From a virus: a stretch of 64,000 bases of DNA. The notes under the pieces are model-generated. The model searched no databases. It was not told the origin of the DNA and saw only the letters and a program-made list of their open reading frames with translations. The DNA lies in the IMG/VR virus record IMGVR_UViG_3300025101_000026, positions 20 to 64,019 of that record. One strand, 5' to 3'. This document shows, piece after piece, positions 19,097 through 28,997 of this stretch (the first letter of the stretch is position 1; every line of letters begins with the position of its first letter). Position numbers and translations under genes: made by a program.

Positions 19097-21556
19097 ATGG
19101 CAATACCAGGATTAACATATAGATTAGCAAAAGGATCATCTCTTACTCATACAGAGATGGATAATAACTTTAGATCATTAATCTATTCTAGTTCTATACA
19201 AGATGGAGGAGATACACTTCATTTACATTTTGATACTTTAGCAGGTACAGATAAACATATCATACCTCTTGCTGGAGGGACAGGAGGACTTACTATTAGT
19301 AATAATATTGATAATAGGGTAGTAACAGCTACAGGTACTGCAGGATTGATTCAAGGAGAAGGAAACTTAACATTTGACGGTAGTAATTTAACAGTAGTAG
19401 GAAAGATAAGTGTAGAAGATAGTGATAAAAATATTCTTATAGGTAATCTAGCTGGTACTGATATAGTAGGAGGCGAATGTATAATTGCTATAGGTAAAGA
19501 AGCAGGAAAAAAATTAACTACTAATAATAATGTTGTAATTGGAACTGGTGCATTAATAGCAGCAGAAGCATCTGCAGGTAGTGTAGTAGTCGGAGATAGT
19601 GCGTTACCGGCCTTAACCTCCGGTGATAATAATGTAGCTATAGGAGTTGGAGCAGCTACTAATGTAAGCTCAGGTGCAAGTAATATCTATATAGGAGCAA
19701 ACGCTGGACCTACTTCTACAACATCACAAAATAATAAACTTTATATAAATAATGCACAGTCAGATACTCCTTTAATATTAGGAGATTTTTCTACTCAACA
19801 AATTACTTTTCCAGCAGGAGTAACAGGTTCATCATTTACAGGTTCTTTCTTCGGTGACGGATCTAATTTAACTGGTTTATCAGTTTCTTCTGAATGGGAT
19901 GGTTCGAGAAATGGCGATGCTGAAATAACCGGATCATTCGTAGTATCAGGTTCAGGAGCTGTAGTAAACTTTACTAACACAACTGCTATCTCAGGTTCAA
20001 TATTTTCAGGTTCATTCTCAGGTGATGGTTCAGGTTTAACAGGAGTGACTGCAAACGCTTTTCCTCATACAGGTTCGGCTGTTATATCAGGTAGTTTAAC
20101 TGTTATAAATTACCCTGCTAATACTACTATTATTTCAGGTTCTACTGCTATTAGTGGTTCATTAACCGTAAATAATTTATCAGGTTCATTTTTCAAAGAG
20201 TATATTACAGTTGGTAATAATATTAAAATACATCAACCTAACGTACAGTCTATAGGTATAGGTTGCGATACTTTCAAAGAAAATAACGGTTCTGGAGGCT
20301 CTACTGCAATAGGATTTAAAGCAATGTGTTTAGGAGGGGGTGTAAGGAATGTTGCAGTTGGAAACGCAGCTATGCAATGCGGAGGTTACGACTCAGTAGC
20401 TATAGGTAATTGTGCTATGAGACAGAATTTCGGTACCAATAATGTTGGTATCGGCTCTAACGCTTTAGCTACAGGAAAAGTTTGTAATTTATTAGGTAAT
20501 AGAAATTTAGCCATAGGAGCTTATGCATTGAACGGTACTGGTCCAGGTAGCTTTAACGTAGGTTTAGGAACTAATTCTCTCTGTACTAACAGATTCGGTT
20601 CATGTAATACAGCAGTAGGGCAATTTTCTTTAGATAAATTAAGATCTATAGTAGCAGGAGTAAGTGATAGAAATACTGCTATTGGAGCTTTTGCAGGTAG
20701 AAACTTAAGAGACGGTAAAAATAATGTATTTATTGGATTCTGTGCAGGACCTGCTGTATTGAATACAGATGAATCGAATCAACTATATATAGCATCTAGT
20801 TCAGGAGATCCGCTAATAAAAGGAGACTTCTTATTAAGAACATTAAATATAAGTGGTTCGATGAAAGTTAGCCAATCTATTTCAGCTTCTGCTTTTTCAG
20901 GAGATGGATCAGGATTAACTAACTTACCAGGAACTGAATGGGATGGTACAAGAAACGGAGATGCAGAAATTACAGGTTCTCTAATAGTTTCAGGAGCTGC
21001 TACTACTACAGTTGACTTTACAGGAACAAACGCAATATCAGGTTCTACATTCTCAGGCTCATTTGTAGGAGATGGATCTGGACTAACCGGAGTTACTTCA
21101 GAATGGGATGGAACTAGGAACGGTAACTCAAGTATAACTGGTTCTTTAGTAGTTTCAGGTTCCTTAGATGCATCAGGAACAGTAACTTTAGCTTCATCAG
21201 GTTTCCCAGGAGGCCCAGGAGTAGAAATTATACATTTCCATTCTTCTAGTTTATCAGGTATCCATAATATTCATTCATTTGCTATTCATAATACTACCGG
21301 CTATACCGGTTTTAAAGCAGATTATGCTTTAACTAATGCTAATGAAAGTGAAAAAAGAGTAGGTACGTTATTAGGTGCATGGGATCAATCAGGAGGAGAA
21401 ACTATAAATGATTCTCATACTATATCGACCGGAGCTATTAATACTACAGCATTTAGTATAGACTCAGACGGCTCGACTGCAATATTAAAATTAAATGCAT
21501 CATCAGGAACTTATGAAGTTAATATGTTAATAACAGCATTTAAACGACAAGTATAA
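19097..21556 (+). CDS. Tail fibre/adhesin with YadA-head-like (NxAxG) repeats
   Basis: N-terminus YRLAKGSSLTHTEMDNNF (paralogous to 17328). Repeats of about 14 aa (NVAIG/NTAVG) and SGSFSGDGSGLT...EWDG modules. Confidence 0.7.
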   Translation: MAIPGLTYRLAKGSSLTHTEMDNNFRSLIYSSSIQDGGDTLHLHFDTLAGTDKHIIPLAGGTGGLTISNNIDNRVVTATGTAGLIQGEGNLTFDGSNLTVVGKISVEDSDKNILIGNLAGTDIVGGECIIAIGKEAGKKLTTNNNVVIGTGALIAAEASAGSVVVGDSALPALTSGDNNVAIGVGAATNVSSGASNIYIGANAGPTSTTSQNNKLYINNAQSDTPLILGDFSTQQITFPAGVTGSSFTGSFFGDGSNLTGLSVSSEWDGSRNGDAEITGSFVVSGSGAVVNFTNTTAISGSIFSGSFSGDGSGLTGVTANAFPHTGSAVISGSLTVINYPANTTIISGSTAISGSLTVNNLSGSFFKEYITVGNNIKIHQPNVQSIGIGCDTFKENNGSGGSTAIGFKAMCLGGGVRNVAVGNAAMQCGGYDSVAIGNCAMRQNFGTNNVGIGSNALATGKVCNLLGNRNLAIGAYALNGTGPGSFNVGLGTNSLCTNRFGSCNTAVGQFSLDKLRSIVAGVSDRNTAIGAFAGRNLRDGKNNVFIGFCAGPAVLNTDESNQLYIASSSGDPLIKGDFLLRTLNISGSMKVSQSISASAFSGDGSGLTNLPGTEWDGTRNGDAEITGSLIVSGAATTTVDFTGTNAISGSTFSGSFVGDGSGLTGVTSEWDGTRNGNSSITGSLVVSGSLDASGTVTLASSGFPGGPGVEIIHFHSSSLSGIHNIHSFAIHNTTGYTGFKADYALTNANESEKRVGTLLGAWDQSGGETINDSHTISTGAINTTAFSIDSDGSTAILKLNASSGTYEVNMLITAFKRQV

Positions 21557-21567
21557 AAAAATAAAAC

Positions 21568-23253
21568 ATGGCTAACGAACACATTTTAAAAAATTCACTG
21601 ATAGTTACTGGAAGTATAACAGCCTCTGATGGGTTTTTCGGTGACGGTTCAGGTTTAACTAATATTACCTCTACTTCGGAATGGGACGGTAGTAGAAATG
21701 GTAATGCAAGTATTACAGGTTCTTTAGATGTTTCAGGTTCAGGAGCTATAGTAGACTTTACCAATACCTCAGCTATTTCAGGTTCTACTTTTTCAGGTTC
21801 ATTCTCAGGAAACGGTTCAGGACTAACTAATCTTAATATTAATGGAATTACGGGTAATAATTTAATCCTATCAGGAGCTTTTTCTGGTTCATTCTCCGGT
21901 GACGGTAGTAACTTAACCGGTATAACAATATTTCCTTTTACAGGTAGTGCCGTAATAACAGGTTCATTATTAGTTTCAGGTTCAAATACTACAGTAAATT
22001 TTGTAGATGTAGCGGCTATATCTGGTTCAATATTTTCAGGATCATTTGTTGGAGATGCATCAGGTTTAACTAATTTACCTGAAACTGAATGGGATGGTTC
22101 AAGAAACGGTAACGCTTCTATTACAGGTTCTTTTGTAGTATCAGGATCAAGTCCGTTAATAGATTTAAAAGGTCTAACTACTATAGATAGAAATATAGAA
22201 ATATCTAATCGTGGAGAAGATAAGTCTTTAGGATTAGGTAGCGAAGCTTTACCTACTTCTACTATACTTAATAGACAAGCTATAGCTTTAGGACATAGAG
22301 CTATGCGTCTTCAAGTATCGGGTTCTAATTCATGTAACTTAGCTATAGGACAATGCGCATTAGCTTCTAATGTTAAAGGTGTAAATGTTATAGCTATAGG
22401 AGCTTGTAGTTTACGAAACTCTGTAGGGTTAAGCTCTTCAGGAAATATTAATTTTAGTCATAATTTAGCTATAGGTATATTAGCAGGTCATTGTATGACT
22501 ATTGGTAGATATAATACTATCTTAGGTCATGAAGCTTTAGCTGATGGAACGGGAGCAAGTAATAGTGTTGTTATAGGATATAAAGCAGGTAAAAAGAATA
22601 GTACTTCTAATAACGTCTTTATTGGAATGTGCTCAGGTCAGATGAACCTAGGGAATAATAATACTTTTTTAGGTTATAAGACCGGAAATTGTTCTACTAC
22701 TGCTAGATGTAATGTAGCTATAGGGGATAGAGCATTACAAAGTAATTCTAATAACTGCTTAACAGGTTGTTGTAATGTTGCATTAGGGATTATGGCCGGT
22801 GGTGAAGCAAATAAAGCTTCAAGCAAGAACGTATATATAGGACCAGAAGCAGGACCTAGTACAGGAACAATACAGAGTTGTCAATTTTATTTAGGTATCG
22901 GTCAAGGAGAAAGCCCTTTGATGAGAGGAGATTTCGGCACTGGTCATTTAGTAATCAATACTCACGTATCAGCTTCAGCATTTAGTGGTTCATTTATAGG
23001 AGACGGTTCTCAACTTACAGGAGTTGCAGGTCAAGGATTTCCTTTCGTTGGAGATGCTGTAATAACTGGTTCTTTAGAAGTTTCTCAAAGTCTTAGAACT
23101 AGCGTAGCTCTATCGATACCAGCTGGTCATGTAGTGTTGAGACAAGTATCTGAATCGTTAAACTTTACTAAAGATTCTCAAGCTGCTGCTGCAGGTGTAC
23201 CGTTAGGAGGTTTGTATAGAAGTGGTAATTTTATAGCAATAAGAATAGAATAA
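21568..23253 (+). CDS. Tail fibre/adhesin with YadA-head-like repeats
   Basis: Same GDGSGLT/EWDGSRNG modules and Cys-containing NxAIG repeats; C-terminus AAAAGVPLGGLYRSG. Confidence 0.7.
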   Translation: MANEHILKNSLIVTGSITASDGFFGDGSGLTNITSTSEWDGSRNGNASITGSLDVSGSGAIVDFTNTSAISGSTFSGSFSGNGSGLTNLNINGITGNNLILSGAFSGSFSGDGSNLTGITIFPFTGSAVITGSLLVSGSNTTVNFVDVAAISGSIFSGSFVGDASGLTNLPETEWDGSRNGNASITGSFVVSGSSPLIDLKGLTTIDRNIEISNRGEDKSLGLGSEALPTSTILNRQAIALGHRAMRLQVSGSNSCNLAIGQCALASNVKGVNVIAIGACSLRNSVGLSSSGNINFSHNLAIGILAGHCMTIGRYNTILGHEALADGTGASNSVVIGYKAGKKNSTSNNVFIGMCSGQMNLGNNNTFLGYKTGNCSTTARCNVAIGDRALQSNSNNCLTGCCNVALGIMAGGEANKASSKNVYIGPEAGPSTGTIQSCQFYLGIGQGESPLMRGDFGTGHLVINTHVSASAFSGSFIGDGSQLTGVAGQGFPFVGDAVITGSLEVSQSLRTSVALSIPAGHVVLRQVSESLNFTKDSQAAAAGVPLGGLYRSGNFIAIRIE

Positions 23254-23262
23254 TAATATAAT

Positions 23263-26082
23263 ATGGGATTAAAAGTAGGAGATATAGACATAACAGGTGC
23301 ATTGAACCTTTCCGGTTCCTTTGCTATATCAGGATCATCAGGTGCTTTTACCGGATCGTTTTCTGGTGATGGCTCAGGATTGACTAAAGTGACTGGTTCA
23401 TGGTCTGGATTTAGAACAGGAGATGCTCAACTCTCAGGATCTTTAAGTGTTAGTAGTTCAATAACTGCTTCTGCTTTTAGTGGAGATGGCTCAGGACTAA
23501 CAGGTGTAACTGGAGAATGGGACGGTACCTTTACTGGTTCAGCTGAAATATCAGGCTCTTTGAGAGTAGAAGGTAGAGTAAGTCAAATCGGATTAGGTAA
23601 TAGTTCGTATTTCGGTTTTGGAGCTGGAGAAAGCGACGATAAATCTAACAATGGCAACTCAGCCTTTGGACATAACGCATTTAAAAATAACGAAACAGGA
23701 GCTCAAAATACAGCTGTAGGATTTGAAGCTTTAAAAACTAACACAAACGGTTCTGGTAATACATCAGTAGGGTATATAACCTTAACTTCCAATACAGGTC
23801 AATTTAATACAGCAGTCGGTAATATAGCTTTAGGTAGTGATAACTCAGGAGACTGTAATGTTGCTGTCGGTAATGCAGCCCTATTTGGAAATACCTCAGG
23901 AGACCTTAATACTGCTATAGGTTCTTGTGCTCTCATAGCTAATAATTCAGGTAATAATAATACTGCTTTAGGTTTTAATGCAGGAGGTCATAATACAGGA
24001 AGTGGTGCTAATAATATATTCATAGGCTATAATGCAGGACCTACTAGTGGTTCTTCAGTATCAAATAAATTATATATTCATAATAATAGCGGTAGTGCTT
24101 TAATAGAAGGAGATTTTTCTACTTCTTCTGTTACTATAAACGGATCAATTACTGCATCAGGAAATATAAGTTCATCAGGTACGATTTTTGCTTCTAAATT
24201 TGAATCAGCAGGTGCTTCTAATGAAACTATATCGTTTAACGATAATTTAAATATAACCGGTGATATAACAGCATCAGGACATATAAGTTCGAGTGGTACT
24301 ATTACAGGTAACTCTATTACAGTTAATGACGACGGTTATAATTTTACTAAACATAATATGAGGATGACACCTCAATCTACTGGGATACTTCTCTTCTCAG
24401 GAGTTACAACAGCAAAATTTGAAGGTATTGTTAGTGCAAGTGGAGCTATAACAGCTAGTGCTTATAAAGGAGACGGCTCAGGTCTAACTAATATACCTGC
24501 AGCTTACAGTGCAGCAACTATATCAGGTTCTTTTACTTCGGTATCTAGTTCTATCGCTGAAGATATAGCATTTAATTTAAGAGGTGCAGTATTTACATCT
24601 TCAATCGATGGGAGTTCAACCGAATACGGCAGTATAGTTCCTACTTCAGGCTCAAACATAATAACCGATGCTCAGAATTCCTCGATTTTAGGAGGTAATC
24701 GTAACATCATTACACAAGGAGCTTCAGACTGCGCTACAATTGCAGGAGGTTCAGATAATCTGATAAGCGTATCAAACAGAACATTTATAGGTTCTGGGTG
24801 TAGCAATACTATTGCTCCTAATAGTCTTAAATCTGCTATAGTAGGAGGATCAGGAAATACAGTAAATAGCGGTTCAATCAGTGCTTTTATAGGAGCTGGT
24901 GGTTGTAACGACGTTGAAGCAGATATGGCATCGGTAGTAGGAGGATGTAGAAACTCAGGTTCATCTGATTATTCATTTATCGGTGGTGGTTGTGGTAACT
25001 GTATTTCAGGTTCTAACAATGCCGAGTACGGAGTTGTAGCAGGCGGTTTTTCAAACACTATCAGGGAACCATATACTTTCTTAGGCGGTGGTTCTAATAA
25101 TGAAATAGTGAAAGCAGTAAATGACGTAGGATATTCAGTCTTAGTAGGAGGTCAACTTAACACAGTTGGTTTTGGTGGTGCAGCATTAGTAGGAGGAGGT
25201 CAAAACGATGCTTGTGGATGTTTATCATTTGTAGGTGGAGGTTTCTGTAACAACAATAATGGATGTTATGGAATAGTAGCAGGTGGTTGTAAAAACGATA
25301 TTGCTTCTTCAACTTGTTACGGTATAGCTGTAGGAGGACAATTAAATGAAATGTCTGGTAGTTACTCTGCAATAGTTGGAGGTAGAAGTAATAAAACTGA
25401 ATCGCCTTATTCGTTTATTGGTGGAGGTTGTTCTAACCATATTATGTCAGGTTCAGACTGCTTTGGTGTAATTGCAGGTGGACAAAATAACTGCGTTTCT
25501 GGTTCAGGAGCTCCATCATCTGATAACGGACACCAATTTATTGGGGGTGGTAAAAATAATAAAGCAATGGAAATATTTGCTTCTGTAGTAGGAGGTAATA
25601 TTAACAAAGCATGTCAGTTCTTTAGTTTTGTTGGAGGTGGAGAAGATAACTTAACTTGCTATCATGATAATTCTTATTTCTCTGCAATCGTTGCCGGATG
25701 TCAGAATATAGTAGAAGGTGATCACGCTTTTATAGGAGGAGGTTCAAGAAATTACAGCTCAGGAAGTTCTGGTGTAGTTGTAGGAGGGTCTATAAATTCT
25801 AGTTCTGCTGAATACGGAGGAATATTAGGAGGTAAAAATAACTGTAACCAACACGATTGTTCTTTCGTAGTAGGTTCAGATATTACTTCTGCTAGAGACT
25901 GTACTACACACGTTAATAACTTATTAGTTTCAGGGTCAACAACTGCTAATGCTATATTACAATTAACTAGAAGAACGACTAATCCAACTCCAGCAGTAGA
26001 AGGAATGGTAATAGCATCAGGATCAGCAGGAAGTAGTAAACTATATTACTTTAATGGGTCTACTTGGAACGCATTACACTAA
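23263..26082 (+). CDS. Tail fibre/adhesin with NTAVG repeats and a long GGxxN repeat domain
   Basis: NTAVG..AL..N repeats, then many (I/V)(V/A)GG..N units; C-terminus GSSKLYYFNGSTWNAL. Confidence 0.7.
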   Translation: MGLKVGDIDITGALNLSGSFAISGSSGAFTGSFSGDGSGLTKVTGSWSGFRTGDAQLSGSLSVSSSITASAFSGDGSGLTGVTGEWDGTFTGSAEISGSLRVEGRVSQIGLGNSSYFGFGAGESDDKSNNGNSAFGHNAFKNNETGAQNTAVGFEALKTNTNGSGNTSVGYITLTSNTGQFNTAVGNIALGSDNSGDCNVAVGNAALFGNTSGDLNTAIGSCALIANNSGNNNTALGFNAGGHNTGSGANNIFIGYNAGPTSGSSVSNKLYIHNNSGSALIEGDFSTSSVTINGSITASGNISSSGTIFASKFESAGASNETISFNDNLNITGDITASGHISSSGTITGNSITVNDDGYNFTKHNMRMTPQSTGILLFSGVTTAKFEGIVSASGAITASAYKGDGSGLTNIPAAYSAATISGSFTSVSSSIAEDIAFNLRGAVFTSSIDGSSTEYGSIVPTSGSNIITDAQNSSILGGNRNIITQGASDCATIAGGSDNLISVSNRTFIGSGCSNTIAPNSLKSAIVGGSGNTVNSGSISAFIGAGGCNDVEADMASVVGGCRNSGSSDYSFIGGGCGNCISGSNNAEYGVVAGGFSNTIREPYTFLGGGSNNEIVKAVNDVGYSVLVGGQLNTVGFGGAALVGGGQNDACGCLSFVGGGFCNNNNGCYGIVAGGCKNDIASSTCYGIAVGGQLNEMSGSYSAIVGGRSNKTESPYSFIGGGCSNHIMSGSDCFGVIAGGQNNCVSGSGAPSSDNGHQFIGGGKNNKAMEIFASVVGGNINKACQFFSFVGGGEDNLTCYHDNSYFSAIVAGCQNIVEGDHAFIGGGSRNYSSGSSGVVVGGSINSSSAEYGGILGGKNNCNQHDCSFVVGSDITSARDCTTHVNNLLVSGSTTANAILQLTRRTTNPTPAVEGMVIASGSAGSSKLYYFNGSTWNALH

Positions 26083-26102
26083 AATAAATAACAACTAAAA
26101 AA

Positions 26103-26411
26103 ATGCAACATACTTGGAAAATATACGAACTTGAAAGAAATCTTTCTGACGGAGTAGTAAATAAAGTTACTTACGGATGTGAATCATTAGATTCTGGTTT
26201 TACTACTAGAACTATAGGAAATTTTGAAATTTCAGGTTCAGCCGAAGATGCTGGCTTTATAGCTTATGAATCGCTTAATGAAAATAATGTTTTAGGATGG
26301 TTAGATTCTAACGTTGATAAAAATGCTATAGAAAATGAAAACTCTAATAAATTAGCAGGTTCTATCGCAGCAGCTTCTAAAATTACTTCTGGAAACGGTA
26401 TTCCTTGGTAA
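26103..26411 (+). CDS. Small tail-fibre-associated protein (chaperone-like), copy 1
   Basis: TWKIYELERNLSDGVV...FIAYESLNENNVLGWL...GIPW; directly after the fibre genes. Confidence 0.55.
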   Translation: MQHTWKIYELERNLSDGVVNKVTYGCESLDSGFTTRTIGNFEISGSAEDAGFIAYESLNENNVLGWLDSNVDKNAIENENSNKLAGSIAAASKITSGNGIPW

Positions 26412-26414
26412 TAG

Positions 26415-26443
26415 TTGTTTTTAAATAATTTTTTAACTATATT
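26415..26443 (+). promoter_or_regulatory. Putative host-RNAP promoter TTG-N20-TATATT
   Basis: GTTGTT...TATATT with the same spacing as three other sites. Confidence 0.5.
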
Positions 26444-26469
26444 ATATAAAACTAAATAAATTTTAAACT

Positions 26470-26784
26470 ATGATTCATAGATGGTATATAGATAATTTAA
26501 AAAGAAATCTATCAGACGGTTTAATAACTACTGCTTCATATCACTGCAAAAGTAGAGAAGATGATATGTTTGCTTCCATAACTCATGGAGATTTTAATCT
26601 ACCTTCTAAAGACTCTTCAGATGCAGACTTCGTACAATACGAAAATCTAACTCAAAATATTGTTTTAGGATGGATTACAGGTAGTTTAGATGTAAACGCT
26701 ATACAAACAGCAAATTCAGCTTCAGTAGCAGCTAAAATAGCAGCTCATAATGCTAAAACTGAAGATACCGGAGTACCTTGGTAG
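26470..26784 (+). CDS. Small tail-fibre-associated protein (chaperone-like), copy 2
   Basis: WYIDNLKRNLSDGLI...FVQYENLTQNIVLGWI...GVPW; clear paralogue of 26103..26411. Confidence 0.55.
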   Translation: MIHRWYIDNLKRNLSDGLITTASYHCKSREDDMFASITHGDFNLPSKDSSDADFVQYENLTQNIVLGWITGSLDVNAIQTANSASVAAKIAAHNAKTEDTGVPW

Positions 26785-26802
26785 ATTATAAATTAAATTA
26801 AT

Positions 26803-27678
26803 ATGACGGTTATATTTCACGTAGAAGGTGGCCTAGGTAAGCATATCATGGCTACTGCACTTCTAAAAGTTATACACAAAAAACATTCAAAAGACGATAT
26901 TCACGTAGTATGTTCATATCCTGATGTCTTTAAACATAATCCACTAGTTAAAAAAGTTCATGCAAATGGAAAGCATGGTGATTTTTATACTAGGTACATA
27001 AAAGGTAAAGAAAGTAACTGTAAACTATACTTTAGCGATCCTTATACTCATTCGGACTTTATATTAGAACAAGACCATTTATTTAATATATGGGCTAAAC
27101 AATGGGGATTTGAATACGAGGGAGAATCACCTCAAATATATTTAACTGAAGCAGAGATACAATATTTTAAACCTTTTTATAAAACTGATAAACCTATCTT
27201 AGCAATACAGCCTAACGGAGGTCCACAAAATCAAGGATATAATTATTCATGGACTAGAGATATACCCGAACCTGCTATGTTAAAAGTTATAGAAGAATTT
27301 AAAAAAGATTATTCTATAGTTCATATTAAGCGAGACGACCAGAAAAAATACCCCGATACTCTACATGCTTTAGATGGATTTAGAAGTATAGGTATTTTAT
27401 TACAACTAGCAAATAAAAGATTACTTATCGATTCATTTGCACAGCATCTAGCTACAGCTTTTAATCTTCCTTCTACTGTCTGTTGGGTTACAACTAAACC
27501 TGAAGTTTTCGGATACGAATTACATTCTAATATCAGAGCTAATAAATTTAACTTACCAGTAGAGTTTCCAAATAATTTATATCAACCGTTTAATCTTGCT
27601 CAAGATATTTCTTCTTGCCCTTACAGTAAATTAGAAGATGTATTCGATGTCGATAAAATTATCAAATCTCTTAAATAA
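26803..27678 (+). CDS. Glycosyltransferase-like protein (GT9/GT-B-like)
   Basis: VEGGLGKHIMAT, PQIYLT, AIQPNGG, LLIDSFAQHLATAFNLPSTVCW..PEVFGY resemble heptosyltransferase-like GT9 motifs. Confidence 0.6.
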   Translation: MTVIFHVEGGLGKHIMATALLKVIHKKHSKDDIHVVCSYPDVFKHNPLVKKVHANGKHGDFYTRYIKGKESNCKLYFSDPYTHSDFILEQDHLFNIWAKQWGFEYEGESPQIYLTEAEIQYFKPFYKTDKPILAIQPNGGPQNQGYNYSWTRDIPEPAMLKVIEEFKKDYSIVHIKRDDQKKYPDTLHALDGFRSIGILLQLANKRLLIDSFAQHLATAFNLPSTVCWVTTKPEVFGYELHSNIRANKFNLPVEFPNNLYQPFNLAQDISSCPYSKLEDVFDVDKIIKSLK

Positions 27679-28160
27679 TGACTGATCCTACTTGGACTTA
27701 CCAAGGTCTACCTATTTTATCTATTGAAGGTATGCCTAAAGATACTTACGGTTTTATCTATCAAGTTACTCATATTCCTACTGGCAGAAAGTATTTAGGA
27801 AAAAAAGTATTATTTTTTGAAAGAAATAAAAAATTAGGTAAAAAAGAACTACAAGCATTAAAAGAAGAAAGAAAAGCTAAAGGTATAGGAGGAAGAGTAC
27901 CCTTAAAAAAGAAAGTTATAAAAGAATCAGATTGGGTAACTTATTATGGTTCTCAAAAAGAGATCCTTGAATTAGTAAAGAACGGTAATAAAAAAGATTT
28001 CAGGAGAGAAATCCTCAAATATGTAACTGATAAAAAACAATTAACATATTTTGAATGTAAATACCTATTTATAAATGAGGTATTGGAGACTCGTAATAAT
28101 TATATTAACGATAATATCCTCGGTAAATTTTACAGAAAAGATTTTTTAAATGAAAATTAA
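27678..28160 (+). CDS. GIY-YIG family endonuclease (free-standing, Seg-like)
   Basis: YGFIYQVTHIPTGRKYLGKK, ESDWVTYYGS, FRREIL, YINDNI. Confidence 0.65.
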   Translation: MTDPTWTYQGLPILSIEGMPKDTYGFIYQVTHIPTGRKYLGKKVLFFERNKKLGKKELQALKEERKAKGIGGRVPLKKKVIKESDWVTYYGSQKEILELVKNGNKKDFRREILKYVTDKKQLTYFECKYLFINEVLETRNNYINDNILGKFYRKDFLNEN

Positions 28161-28452
28161 AGATATATTATTAGAAGAATACGAAAAAGGTAACGTAAAG
28201 CTTATGGGCGATGTTATCTTACCGATTGGTAAGCAAATGGTACTACAAGCTGAAGAGGATACATATAATAGAGGTCTGTTAGTTACTAACAATAAAGATA
28301 AAAGCTACGATATAGCATATTGGGCTGATAAATTCGAACCTTACCCAATAGAAGTAGAAATAGACGGTAAATCAGTCTCTAAAGATGCTAAAGTAATCAA
28401 ACTATTATTTCACCCTGAAATGGATGAATCTACCTCAAAAGATATAAAATGA
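28150..28452 (+). CDS. Hypothetical protein with MKIKDILLEE leader
   Basis: 100-aa ORF; leader shared with many neighbours. Confidence 0.55.
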   Translation: MKIKDILLEEYEKGNVKLMGDVILPIGKQMVLQAEEDTYNRGLLVTNNKDKSYDIAYWADKFEPYPIEVEIDGKSVSKDAKVIKLLFHPEMDESTSKDIK

Positions 28453-28997
28453 TTAAAATTAAAGACATAGTAGGGCTTCCATCTTTAACTTATCATTTAG
28501 AAAACGATCTCTCGTTATATGAGAATGTCTATCGTTATTCAAGTGATAAATTTATACAACTATTTGCTGAAGCAAGAGATGCTTGGAGAGACGGTTATAT
28601 ACAGTTAAACGAAGAAGATACTAAATTACTAGAAGAAACTAATATAGGTGAGTACGGGGTATTCGAAGGAGAAAAAGTACCTTTAGATTTACCTATGGTA
28701 GACGAAGCAGAGTATAAAGGTAAGAATGTAGCTTTAAATAAACCAAAAAGAGGAGGACCTAAAAAGTTTTACGTCTATGTTAAGAATCCAAAAACAGGAA
28801 ATGTTAAAAAAGTAAATTTCGGAGATAGCGGAAACCTTTCCGTTAAGTTAAATGAGCCAGGAGCTAGAGCTTCTTTCGCAGCTAGACATAAATGTGCTCA
28901 AAAGAAAGATAAAACTAAACCTGGTTATTGGTCCTGTAATATAGGTCGTTATTGGAAATCATTAGGAGGTTCTAGAAATTTCAGTGGATACTGGTAG
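28449..28997 (+). CDS. Modular basic protein (putative internal head protein)
   Basis: Acidic N-half, then KPKRGGPKKFYVYVKNPKTGNVKKVNFGD...ARASFAARHKC...GYWSC basic module. Confidence 0.55.
   Translation: MIKIKDIVGLPSLTYHLENDLSLYENVYRYSSDKFIQLFAEARDAWRDGYIQLNEEDTKLLEETNIGEYGVFEGEKVPLDLPMVDEAEYKGKNVALNKPKRGGPKKFYVYVKNPKTGNVKKVNFGDSGNLSVKLNEPGARASFAARHKCAQKKDKTKPGYWSCNIGRYWKSLGGSRNFSGYW

Noticed and set aside
19097-26082. Diversity-generating retroelement template/variable repeat pair
   Set aside because: The repeats differ at all base types, mostly synonymously, not specifically at adenines; no reverse transcriptase is in the window.
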